A DNA stretch of 64,000 nucleotides, taken from an uncultured Acidimicrobiia bacterium. Lineage in GTDB: Bacteria; Acidobacteriota; Terriglobia; Versatilivoradales; Versatilivoraceae. Of this stretch, positions 1-8,668 are shown in pieces. The notes below the pieces were generated by a model. That model saw only the letters and a program-made list of their open reading frames with translations, was not told the origin of the DNA and did not search any database. The stretch lies in the NCBI GenBank assembly GCA_963786955.1, contig CAWBAT010000004.1, positions 288,001 to 352,000 of the forward strand. Direction: 5' to 3'. A program made the position numbers and the translations under genes. Each line of letters begins with the position of its first letter. Position 1 is the stretch's first letter.

Positions 1-1390
1 CCCTGTCGGAAGCCTTCTCGGTGGGGGTCTCAACGGGGCTGTGGCAACCGATACGAGTTATTGGGGCCTCTCCTGGAAACAGCAGGTTTCTACAGGTGGA
101 AGTTTTTCAATCCTCTTTGACAACAACCGGGTCTCAACCAACAACCTATTTACCAATTTAAGTCCTCAATTTAATACCTTTCTATCACTTAACTTTACTC
201 AGCCTTTGCTTCGCGACCTGAAGATCGATCCGATCCGGCGTGAAATTCGTATTGCCAAGAATCAAGTGGATCTGAGCGATGTCCAATTCCAGATGAAGAT
301 CATCGATACCGTGACTGCAGTCGTTTCAGCCTATTGGGTCCTGCATTACACCTATAGCGACATGGAAGTGAAACGAGAAACGGTTCAATGGGCCAGTGAC
401 CAACTGGAGACGAACAAGCGATTGGCCGCGGCAGGGAGCTTGGCCCAAGTTCAAATCGTGGAAGCTCAGGCTGAACTGGAGAGGCGCAAAGGGGATCTGC
501 TTCTCGCCATGGATGAAGTGAATCGGGCTGAAAATGTCTTTAAACAATTAATCCTTCCCGATCGTTCAGACCCCATGTGGAAAGAAAACCTCAAGCCCTC
601 AGATGCCGCAAAGATAAGTGTGGTCGACCTGGCGCTCCCAGACGCATTGCAACGCGCACTCTCCTTGAGGCCAGAGCTCGCGCAGCTCAACTTGCAGGCG
701 AAGGCCAACAAAATCGACAACAGCTTCTTCGAGTCTCAAGCTAAACCGCAACTCGATTTGGTCGCGAATTACTTGAGCACAGGATTGGCCGGCACGTTCT
801 TTGTCCAGCCTAATTTTTTCAACGAGCAGACCGCCGTGGTCTTTGCACGTCTCAACGAACTTTCCAGCATCGCAGGCTTGCCCCCCGTATACCCACCAAC
901 CAATTCAGTCGGTATCCCCGATAACTTTATTGGAGGGTATGGCAGCTCGCTGGAAAATATGTTTGCCCAGCGGTACCGCAGTTTTCAAGTCGGAGTCCAA
1001 CTCAACCTTCCGATCCACAATCGAACAGCTCTAGCCAATTTAGCCCGCACCCAAGTGGTTGGGCGTCAACTTCAATACCTTCGCCTGCAAACCGAGCAGG
1101 CCATTGAAGCAGACGTTCGAAACACCTTGCAGGGTGCCATTTCCGCTCACGAGCGGGTTGGGGTGGCCCGCACCGGCCGAGAAGCCAGCCAAATTCAGTT
1201 AGAGAGTGAAGAGCGTCGATTCAAGGTAGGCGCCACAACCAGTTTCTTTGTGCTGACCCGTCAAAACCAACTCGCGGAAGCCAAGAGTCGCGAGATAAGG
1301 ACTCTGGCCGAGTTTAATGTCGCTTTGACCCAGCTCTACCGCGCTACCGCAGATACTCTGCAAGCCTTCAATGTTCAATTAACCAAGTAA
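1..1390 (+). CDS. TolC-family outer membrane efflux protein (5' end outside window)
   Basis: OEP-type motifs (FTQPLLRD, QLNLPIHNR, ESEERRFKVGATTSFFVLTRQNQL); frame appears to be entered from the window edge. Confidence 0.85.
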   Translation, partial: PVGSLLGGGLNGAVATDTSYWGLSWKQQVSTGGSFSILFDNNRVSTNNLFTNLSPQFNTFLSLNFTQPLLRDLKIDPIRREIRIAKNQVDLSDVQFQMKIIDTVTAVVSAYWVLHYTYSDMEVKRETVQWASDQLETNKRLAAAGSLAQVQIVEAQAELERRKGDLLLAMDEVNRAENVFKQLILPDRSDPMWKENLKPSDAAKISVVDLALPDALQRALSLRPELAQLNLQAKANKIDNSFFESQAKPQLDLVANYLSTGLAGTFFVQPNFFNEQTAVVFARLNELSSIAGLPPVYPPTNSVGIPDNFIGGYGSSLENMFAQRYRSFQVGVQLNLPIHNRTALANLARTQVVGRQLQYLRLQTEQAIEADVRNTLQGAISAHERVGVARTGREASQIQLESEERRFKVGATTSFFVLTRQNQLAEAKSREIRTLAEFNVALTQLYRATADTLQAFNVQLTK

Positions 1391-1536
1391 GAAAAGGTAT
1401 CTTGCTCGCGCAACAGTTCAAGTCCCAATGGTCTTCTCTGGACGCAAGGGAAACTTTAGCCCGGATTTCTCACGACCGGGGGAAAACAGAAACAGTAGAG
1501 TAGCGAAACGATTTGAATTCAGAGCTCCTTGGCAAC

Positions 1537-1566
1537 GTAGGGAACGCTGCGGCGAGCGTTCCCTAC
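1537..1566. repeat. GTAG-type REP palindrome
   Basis: GTAGGGAACGCT-gcggcg-AGCGTTCCCTAC, perfect 12-bp stem. Confidence 0.75.
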
Positions 1567-1635
1567 AATCAGTTCGATAATTTCTTTCCACCTCCTCTCT
1601 CCATTGGAAAGAAGAACCCAATAATGAATTATCGG

Positions 1636-1690
1636 CTCCCCTCGCACCAACGCGGGAGAGGCTGAAGCATTGAGAATGCTTCAGGGGGGG
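1636..1690. repeat. C-tract/G-tract palindromic repeat carrying an inserted TTGAGAA-loop hairpin
   Basis: CTCCCCTCGC..GCGGGAGAGG followed by CTGAAGCA-TTGAGAA-TGCTTCAG and a G run; related unit at 19601-19660. Confidence 0.55.
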
Positions 1691-1815
1691 AAATGCGACG
1701 CCGGTGGTGAGAAATCCGGGCTAAGGGCAAGGGAGCTATGCGACCGTCGCCCTGAGTCTGGGTTGTCTTAGTTTCCTCCTGCCTACACAACAGCATTCTA
1801 ACAAATTCGAATTTG

Positions 1816-1884
1816 GTAGGGGCGAAGCATTCGTTTACAAGGTAGAGACAATTGGCCATCTGACATCGGATGCTTCGCCCTTGT
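1816..1884. repeat. GTAG-type REP/REPIN-like element
   Basis: GTAGGGGCGAAGCATTCG...CGGATGCTTCGCCCTTGT; left arm identical to the copy at 35594. Confidence 0.75.
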
Positions 1885-2368
1885 GGATCGGGTCTCTCGG
1901 AGAGTCCGATGCTGGCATGTCGACATCCTTGACCCTCAGTCTGCAGCATTCCAGCAACCGCAACCCTGCACCATAGAGCAAGCGAGCCATAAGCTGGTGC
2001 GTATCCTGCATGAAACTGAGGACCCGCTGGACCTCTTCCGGGGTCAACACCTGCGGCAAATGCTGGGGCTTTTTGGCCCGAACAACATCGTCGATCCTAT
2101 CGAGGTCTATCTTGAGAACCTCGTGGTAGAGAAAAATAAGAGCGTTGAGAGCCTGGTTCTGGGTGCTGGCAGCCACCTTCCTTTGCGTAGCAAGATAGGT
2201 CAAATATTGGGCAATTTCTGGCTCACGCAAGGTGTTTGGGTGGCGCTTGCAGTGGAATAGAATGAATCGCTTGGCCCAGTTGACATAGGTCTGTTCGGTG
2301 CGGATACTATAATGCCTTGTCTTGAACATCTTCCTCATCTGGTCAAGGAGTTTGGGTTTTTGATCTAT
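1835..2368 (-). pseudogene. intI: Integron integrase IntI, C-terminally truncated
   Basis: [61 protein letters not shown], unrelated sequence after ~1919; catalytic HxxR/Y half absent; probable start codon reads ATA (2366-2368). Confidence 0.92.
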
Positions 2369-2466
2369 GGCTGCTCAAATAGACCAAATTCTGAGTATGG
2401 GAATAGATGGAATTTTTTCTTTCTACTTATAATGCGCTTAAAATAGCAATTTGTTTTTGAACTATT

Positions 2467-2495
2467 TTGACTTAAGAAAGCGTTTGACTCATACT
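2467..2495 (+). promoter_or_regulatory. Putative cassette promoter Pc (sigma70-like)
   Basis: TTGACT-N17-CATACT, about 60 bp upstream of the inferred attI crossover. Confidence 0.45.
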
Positions 2496-2539
2496 TCAGA
2501 AGGCCATTAGACAGAAAACTCGCCAATATTGCAGAGTGC

Positions 2540-2564
2540 GATATTCTGCTTAATCATTATCGAT
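2540..2564 (+). other. attI recombination site (crossover A|TTATCGAT at 2556/2557)
   Basis: TTATCGAT at 2557-2564 is the reverse complement of ATCGATAA in the R'' box of the first attC (3157-3165). Confidence 0.7.
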
Positions 2565-2577
2565 GAAGGAAGAGAGC

Positions 2578-3156
2578 ATGGGATTAATTGAGGCGGCACT
2601 GGCAGGCCCAAATTGTGTAGTGAGCGTGATGGGGGATCATGCTGGTGAAGGTGCTGATGAGATTTTCAACAGGAAAAAAGCCGACATAAATCGATTGGGC
2701 AAGACTTTCTGGCTCATGAGATCGTCAAAAGCACGGCCCGCCCAAGTCCAGGGGATGTGTGCTACAATCCCAGCATATACGATTTTCGTAGAACCAGCGA
2801 CCAAAGGCGGCGCCCGTCCCACTACGGCAGAAGACGCGGCCAAAGAATACTCCGATGATCGAGTGTTATGGCATCGACTTCCTGAAGGCTTGAGCCCTGT
2901 TACCGGGAAATTGGATGCCGGTGCAACCGCCCTTGTTTTCGACATGATGACTACCGATGTAAGCGGAACATTGGATTTATGGGAATATGGAGAGTTATCG
3001 GAGACCCCAAAGCCTCTCAGATTTGTGCTTGGTTGTTCTACGGTCTGCTCCGTCCGAAAGGATATGAAATCACACCCAGAAAAAATGAAGTCGCGCTATC
3101 GTGGAATTGTCGCAGTAGCACAACTTGCAGATCCTTTCTGTGTCTGGGTTCGATGA
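2578..3156 (+). CDS. Cassette 1: hypothetical protein
   Basis: ORF fills the interval between attI and attC1; no family recognised. Confidence 0.8.
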   Translation: MGLIEAALAGPNCVVSVMGDHAGEGADEIFNRKKADINRLGKTFWLMRSSKARPAQVQGMCATIPAYTIFVEPATKGGARPTTAEDAAKEYSDDRVLWHRLPEGLSPVTGKLDAGATALVFDMMTTDVSGTLDLWEYGELSETPKPLRFVLGCSTVCSVRKDMKSHPEKMKSRYRGIVAVAQLADPFCVWVR

Positions 3157-3158
3157 AT

Positions 3159-3269
3159 CGATAACAAAAAATTCAAGCGGACGCGCCAGCCGCTTGGTTT
3201 CTCGATGTCCGTGGTGCAATCCGGAACTTATCGGCGTTCCGGGCTCGCCGCTTAATTTTGCCGTTGGGT
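3159..3269 (+). other. attC site 1
   Basis: CGATAAC..TTCAAGCGG...CCGCTTAA..GTTGGGT (R''-L''-L'-R'). Confidence 0.9.
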
Positions 3270-3290
3270 GAGAACGAACACGGAGAAGGC

Positions 3291-3611
3291 ATGAACCGTT
3301 GGGGCATCCCTGACTGGCTCGAAAGAGAAGTGAAGGAGCGAGACAAGATATGCGTCTACTGTGGCACAAAGATGATTGAGCGAATGTCTCCGATTGGACC
3401 TCGGACAGCCGTGGCAACCTGGGAGCACATCATCAACGACGCAACTATCGTCACGCCTGAGAATATTGCTCGATGCTGCGCCCCGTGCAATTCAAGTAAG
3501 GGGACAAGGAAACTTTCCGATTGGATTCAGTCGAGCTACTGTAAGAGGCGCAACATCAACGCGGAGACTGTTGCGGAGGTTGTTAAACAGGCGTTGCTGA
3601 AGAATCCGTAG
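3291..3611 (+). CDS. Cassette 2a: HNH endonuclease
   Basis: RDKICVYCG..WEHII..ENIARCCAPCNSSKG motif. Confidence 0.88.
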   Translation: MNRWGIPDWLEREVKERDKICVYCGTKMIERMSPIGPRTAVATWEHIINDATIVTPENIARCCAPCNSSKGTRKLSDWIQSSYCKRRNINAETVAEVVKQALLKNP

Positions 3612-3640
3612 TAGTCAACGGTGGGGCCATAAGGGGAACC

Positions 3641-4505
3641 ATGAAACGAACAAAGGGACCTGAGTTCATCCGCTTCTTCAAACCCATTCTCGAGGTCATG
3701 ATAAGCCTGGGAGGCTCTGGCACAGCATCAGAAATCGTAGACCGTTCCCTCGAGCTCGCGAAAGTAACCGAGGCGGAGCAGCAGGCAGTCAACAAGAACG
3801 GTCTCTCGCGCGTCAAAAACCAAGTTCATTGGGCTCGTCAGTACCTTGTGTGGGCGGGCTATCTCGGGTCGTCCAAGTGGGGCGTTTGGAATCTGACAGA
3901 CAAAGGCTCCTCCGTAAACCTATCAACATTCAACACTCTCGAAACCTTTAAGGGGGTCCAGGCCGATCGTGCTCAGTATCGGAAGCCGAAAGAAACGGAG
4001 CCTCAACGTGCTGACGAGACCGTACCAGGAGAGGACGAGCCGAAGGATCACAGAACAGCACTTCTTGAACTGATCAAGTCGTTGCCTCCAGGCGGGTTTG
4101 AAAGGCTAACACAGAGACTTCTCAGGGAATCAGGGTTTCAGCATGTGTCTGTTACAGGGAAGAGCGGTGACGGGGGCATAGATGGTATCGGTACCTTGCA
4201 GATCAATCCGTTCGTCAGCTTCAACGTGCTTTTCCAATGCAAACGATATCTGGGTGCTGTCACCCCGTCCCAGGTTCGGGATTTCCGCGGTGCAATGATG
4301 GGACGTGCGGACAAGGGTATTATCATCACAACTGGGACTTTCACGCTCGATGCCAAGAAGGAAGCGAGACGTGATGGCGTGCCAGCCCATCGAACTCGTC
4401 GATGGAGATAACCTCGTTGAAATGTTCGAACGGCACGAACTAGGGCTCATCCCGAAGCGTACCTACGAAGTTGATGAGAAGTTCTTTGAAGAGTACAAGA
4501 AATGA
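3641..4505 (+). pseudogene. mrr: Cassette 2b: Mrr-family (type IV) restriction endonuclease, frameshift near 4385
   Basis: Mrr_N-like winged helix (RVKNQVHWARQYL..G.W.LT) plus Mrr_cat (FERL..GDGGIDG..QCKRY..VRDFRGAM..ITTGTFT); C-terminus PIELVDG continues in ORF 4305-4505. Confidence 0.88.
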
Positions 4506-4507
4506 CC

Positions 4508-4582
4508 ACTCAACAAACGGCTGAAGCTGGGCTTGTTACAGCGCTGGCGCGCTGTAACAACCCGCCTAGCCGGTCGTTCGGC
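4508..4582 (+). other. attC site 2
   Basis: ACTCAAC..GCTGAAGC, internal palindrome TTGTTACAGCGC/GCGCTGTAACAA, GCCTAGC..GTTCGGC. Confidence 0.85.
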
Positions 4583-4621
4583 GGCTGGTGATATCAAGTC
4601 AAAACAAGAGGAGATACCTGG

Positions 4622-5116
4622 ATGAAAAGACGATTCCTTCTAGGTTTGATTATTCTCATGTCTAGCATCGCCATACACGGGAGTAGTGCTGAAACTGACG
4701 AAGCTCAAATACGGCAAGCGTACCAAGACTGGGCCAAAGGTTTTCGAGCGCACGATATTACCGGCATCATGTCTATGTACGCTCCCGATGTAGTGGCTTA
4801 CGATTTTGTATCGCCGCTTCAATACGTTGGCAAAGAGGCTTATCGGAAAGATTACGAAGAGTTTCTCGCTCAGTTCAGCGGGCCAATCGAAGTAGAGTTT
4901 CGCGATTTAAAAGTCGTCGCTGGCGGTAATGTTGCCTTTGTTCACGCGCTTGAACATATCAGCGGCACAATGAAAAATGGTCAGAAGATTGATTTTTGGG
5001 GTCGCTGCACCAGCGGTTTTCAGAAGATAAACGGCAAATGGCTAGATACCCATGATCACTGTTCCGTTCCGTCCGATTTTGATACTGGCAAGGCGCTACT
5101 CGATCTCAAGCCTTGA
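4622..5116 (+). CDS. Cassette 3: secreted SnoaL/NTF2-like (DUF4440-type) protein
   Basis: Signal peptide; YAPDVVAYD..PLQYVG..RCTSGFQKINGKW..HDHCSVP. Confidence 0.85.
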   Translation: MKRRFLLGLIILMSSIAIHGSSAETDEAQIRQAYQDWAKGFRAHDITGIMSMYAPDVVAYDFVSPLQYVGKEAYRKDYEEFLAQFSGPIEVEFRDLKVVAGGNVAFVHALEHISGTMKNGQKIDFWGRCTSGFQKINGKWLDTHDHCSVPSDFDTGKALLDLKP

Positions 5117-5145
5117 AAACGGAATGTAGTGATCCCAATTCAGCC

Positions 5146-5231
5146 GCCGAACAACTCATTCGAGCGGACCAGTCCTCGCGCCCTCGCTTTGCTCGGTCGC
5201 TGCGGCTGGCCGCTTAATTAGGCCATTCGGA
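5146..5231 (+). other. attC site 3
   Basis: CAGCCGCCGAAC is complementary to cassette start GTTCGGCGGCTG; TTCGAGCGG/CCGCTTAA; R' reads ATTCGGA. Confidence 0.85.
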
Positions 5232-5251
5232 GGCTACCTTGTGAGGGAGGT

Positions 5252-5730
5252 ATGAAGACGGAGCTCCAAAGGCTAGAAGAGCAACTCGAGCGGGCACTCG
5301 AGGGGGAGGCGTGGCACGGCCCCTCAGTGCTCGAAGTCCTCGAAGGCGTCAGTGCGCACCAGGCTGCTGCGCATCCTATCGCGGGCGCGCACAGCATCTG
5401 GGAGCTGGTTCTGCATCTGTGCAGCGATTATGGTTTGGTTCTAAGGCGGCTCGGTGGGGATGGCAGGCAACTCACGGGGTCTGAGGACTGGCCCATCGTC
5501 CCGGAACTGAGTGCCGAGAACTGGAGTGAATCCGTGCGCAATGTTGAAACAGCTCAACGCCGAGCTCCGGCGGGCGATCGGGAGCTTTCCTCAGGAGCGT
5601 CTGGACGAGCCGTTGGTGCCTGAGGCGCCTTACACGGCCTATACGCAGTTCATTGGCGTAACGCAGCACGGTCTCTATCACGCAGGCCAGATGGCCCTCT
5701 TGAAGAAAGCGTTGGGTCAGCCGTTCCTGC
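5252..5730 (+). pseudogene. Cassette 4: DinB-family protein, frameshift near 5540
   Basis: AWHGPS..HSIWELVLH in ORF 5252; QHGLYHAGQMALLKK in ORF 5511. Confidence 0.8.
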
Positions 5731-5738
5731 TGCGCCGC

Positions 5739-5796
5739 GGCCAACCAAGGCCTCGAGCTGACGGCTTCCATCCGCAGCTTAGGCCCGGTGTTATGT
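5739..5796 (+). other. attC site 4
   Basis: GGCCAAC..CTCGAGCTG..CAGCTTAG..GTTATGT. Confidence 0.85.
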
Positions 5797-5806
5797 GACC
5801 AAGGAC

Positions 5807-6331
5807 ATGGCCAGAATTCATCGACGAAACGTGCTGCGCGCTGGTGCGGTATTTCTGACGCTTCCGTCCACAACCATCCTGAATCTTGGCTGCACGCCGA
5901 ATCGCACAAGAGCAACACGTGACACGGAACGCCCACTTGAGAATCCCCCGAATAATACCAAAAACAACACATTCATGGAGACGGTCATGCACATTCAATA
6001 CCTCGAAATTGTCACGACGGATGTCGAAATCACTTGCACCCTTTACTCGAAAATGCACGGCGTGACCTTCAGTGACCCCGACCAGAACTTGGGTGGCGCT
6101 CGCACTGCCCGTCTGGCGAACGGTGGAACGCTCGGTGTTCGGGCACCGATGCACAATGCAGAAAAACCGGTGGTGCGGCCCTACATACTCGTTAAAGACA
6201 TCGCGGCAACTGTCGCGGCGGCGGCTGATTGTGGGGCCGTGATTGCCGTTCCACCAATGGAAATCGCGGGACATGGTACGTGCGCCATTGTTATTCAGGA
6301 CGGGATTGAATCGGGACTCTGGCAGCCCTGA
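5807..6331 (+). CDS. Cassette 5: VOC/glyoxalase-family protein with possible Tat/lipoprotein leader
   Basis: IQYLEIVT..RPYILVKDI..PPMEIAGHG..GLWQ; leader HRRNVL..NLGC. Confidence 0.75.
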   Translation: MARIHRRNVLRAGAVFLTLPSTTILNLGCTPNRTRATRDTERPLENPPNNTKNNTFMETVMHIQYLEIVTTDVEITCTLYSKMHGVTFSDPDQNLGGARTARLANGGTLGVRAPMHNAEKPVVRPYILVKDIAATVAAAADCGAVIAVPPMEIAGHGTCAIVIQDGIESGLWQP

Positions 6332-6350
6332 TTCCCCCTCAAACAACGTC

Positions 6351-6441
6351 ACAAAACAAAGCGGTAAACTGGAGCCGCCGATTACGCGGGTTTTGAAGTC
6401 ATTGCCACTTGGCGGCGGCCCGGTTACCGCCAGCGTTAACC
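6351..6441 (+). other. attC site 5
   Basis: GTCACAAAAC matches cassette start GTTATGTGAC (1 mismatch); GCGGTAAAC/GGTTACCGC; GTTAACC. Confidence 0.85.
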
Positions 6442-6460
6442 GGCGCTGGAGATCACACTC

Positions 6461-7065
6461 ATGGCAAATGAGCAACTATTCAGATGGTCCTTCGTTGCCA
6501 TTTTCGTCGGCACTTTGTCCATCTCGGGCTACTTTCGGCACAGGGCGCGCCAGTCCGGTGAAGTAATTCCCAGAATACGCGAAGGCCATCTGGCGCTGCT
6601 CACGCGGCTTCTCTTCGCAGCTCCACTGTACCTGCCCATTTTTGCTTACATGTTGAATCCCGCCTGGATGGCCTGGTCATCAATTCCCCTACCGGCAGGG
6701 CAGCGTTGGCTAGGCGCCGCAGTTGGCCTGGGCACGTTGCCCTTGGTCTACTGGGTGGTGAGCAGCATCGGCAACAATATCTCTGAGACCTTTCTGACCA
6801 AGGAGAAGCAGGTCTTGGTTACTCACGGCCCCTACCGCTGGGTGCGCCATCCCTTGTACTCTGCTGCCGTGATGGCCTTGGTGTCGCTGAGCATCCTGGC
6901 GGCCAACTGGTTTATGCTGGTGATGGCTTGCGTTACATTCATTGGCATAGCCGCGCTGGTGATTCCGAGAGAAGAGGCAGAGCTGATGCGGAAATTTGGG
7001 GATGAGTTTCGGGGGTACGTGCTAGAACTGGTAGGTTTTTACCCCGTCTGCGCTTGTTCCAGTAG
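6461..7065 (+). CDS. Cassette 6: isoprenylcysteine carboxyl methyltransferase (ICMT/PEMT) family, frameshift near 7025
   Basis: LVTHGPYRWVRHPLYS, EEAELMRKFG; natural tail TGRFLPRL is in another frame ending at TAG 7063-7065. Confidence 0.85.
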
Positions 7066-7080
7066 AATGTTAAACGCACC

Positions 7081-7149
7081 GGCTAACCCCCGCGTCAACC
7101 GACATTGCTTCGCTGCGCAACGAAACCCGGTTGACGCCTTCCGTTGGTG
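7081..7149 (+). other. attC site 6
   Basis: CCGGCTAAC matches cassette start GTTAACCGG; GCGTCAACCG/CGGTTGACGC; GTTGGTG. Confidence 0.85.
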
Positions 7150-7334
7150 ATCACTCGGGGAAATGGGGTCGGACCAAGTGAAGTCGCTGATGAACTTGAA
7201 GACTTCTGCAGGAAGGGACAGTATTATGGCCTTAAAGTGCACTTTTCAGGCCCGTAAACATACCTTCGATTTACGGAATCCGTTTTGGATATTGCCTGCA
7301 AACGGTGATGATCTACAATCTCAAGTAATCGAAA

Positions 7335-7398
7335 GCCTAACCCGCCGGTTCCAGCCGACCGCTGAAAAGCGCGGCGGGTGAAGCTCAATTCGTTCGGC
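7335..7398 (+). other. attC site 7 (closes a ~190-bp cassette with no clear gene)
   Basis: GCCTAAC..TTCCAGCCGACCGCTGAAAAGCGCGGCGGGTGAA..GTTCGGC. Confidence 0.8.
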
Positions 7399-7413
7399 GG
7401 AGGATACGAGTCG

Positions 7414-7858
7414 ATGAGTTGGTTCCCGGACATGGGTACGTTCACCATGATTGACGCGGGGGACCACGTTCGAGCCGTTGGCTGGCTGTCGAGAAAGCAC
7501 CGCTTCACCAAAGGCAACGTGCCCGCCGAGTTCCGGGCCCGGCTTCGGGAGTTTGCCGCCAAATGGGATCAAAGCGCTGATGCCCTCGGCTGGGGCATCT
7601 TCAAGGGGCTGCACCGCTGCGAGTTGTGTTTATTGCGTCGTTTCACAGCCAGCGGCAACTTCGGGGTTCCGTACGGCGACCTGTTGTTTGCGGTCCCTGA
7701 AATGATCTCCCACTACGTTGAGGTGCATCATTACCATCCGCCAGTTGAGTTCATCGCGGGGGTACATGCAGTCACCTATACCGGGAACTGACGAGTACCG
7801 AGTTTCGGTCCAGCCGTTTCGGCGGCTGCACGAACGAAGTATGCAAGCCATGCGGAGC
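7414..7858 (+). pseudogene. Cassette 8: hypothetical protein (CELC, HY..HHY.PP motifs), probable frameshift near 7765
   Basis: RAVGWL..GLHRCELC..PEMISHYVEVHHYHPPVEFI; plausible continuation MQSPIPGTDEY in another frame. Confidence 0.65.
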
Positions 7859-7952
7859 GCCGAACCACCCTCTGCACCTGACCGCGGTGGCAAGTAACGT
7901 TTCGGAGTTCACAGTCTCACCCCGCCGCGGCAGGTGAGCTTGTGCGTTAGGC
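7859..7952 (+). other. attC site 8
   Basis: GCCGAAC matches GTTCGGC; CTGCACCTGACCGCGG/CCGCGGCAGGTGAG; GTTAGGC. Confidence 0.9.
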
Positions 7953-7975
7953 ATCTTCACTAACCGGAGAACGCG

Positions 7976-8570
7976 TTGACGGAGAACCGTGGTCCAAATA
8001 TCGTCTTGGAGAACCGCCATACTGGTGAACGCCTGACCCTGAGCCGCGTCACGCGGGGCGACGAGGTCTGGTTGGAACTGAAGGGATTCCTTCCGCCGCA
8101 TCGGGAGGGGCCTCCTCTACACATTCACTTCTCGGAGGACGAGGAGGGGCACGTCACATCGGGCACTCTTACCGCTGTGGTCGATGGGCGCCAAATCAAA
8201 GCGGGCCCCGGAGAATCCGCCGCCGCTACCGCGCGGTTCTGCGCATCGCTGGTGGAACGAAGGAGACGAGGCGCTCGAGTTCTTGGGCTATGCTCGACCC
8301 TTGGTGGATTTAGATCGGTATCTTCAAGCCGTGTTCGAAGTCATGAACGCAGGCCCTGAAGGGCGGCCTCCACTCTTCTACCTGGCCCATGTGGCCTTGC
8401 GGCACCGTCGCACGCAGGCCGTACTCATCATGCCTCGACCGATTCAAGCCTTGCTCTTTCGAGTCATCTTCGCGATCGGCACAGTGCTGGGGCGCTACCG
8501 CGGCAATGACTGGCCCGGGTGTCCATCTCGCTGTCTCGGCGCGCCGAGCGGTGCCGGAGAGGAGGTCTAG
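7976..8570 (+). pseudogene. Cupin-domain cassette protein, frameshift near 8225
   Basis: ENRHTGERL..PPLHIH..E.G.V..G in ORF 7976; LPRGSAHRWWNEG in ORF 8184. Confidence 0.8.
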
Positions 8571-8609
8571 CCAGCCCGAAGCAGGCGCTGCTGAAGGCGA
8601 TTGTTAGAC
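8565..8609 (+). other. Degenerate/shortened attC site 9
   Basis: Only GCTGAAGGCGATT-GTTAGAC is clear; R'' eroded (GTCTAGC). Confidence 0.5.
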
Positions 8610-8668
8610 CGCACAAGGACTGGTTCTAGATGCCTGTATCCCCAACATAAACAGAATGGAGATGCTCC

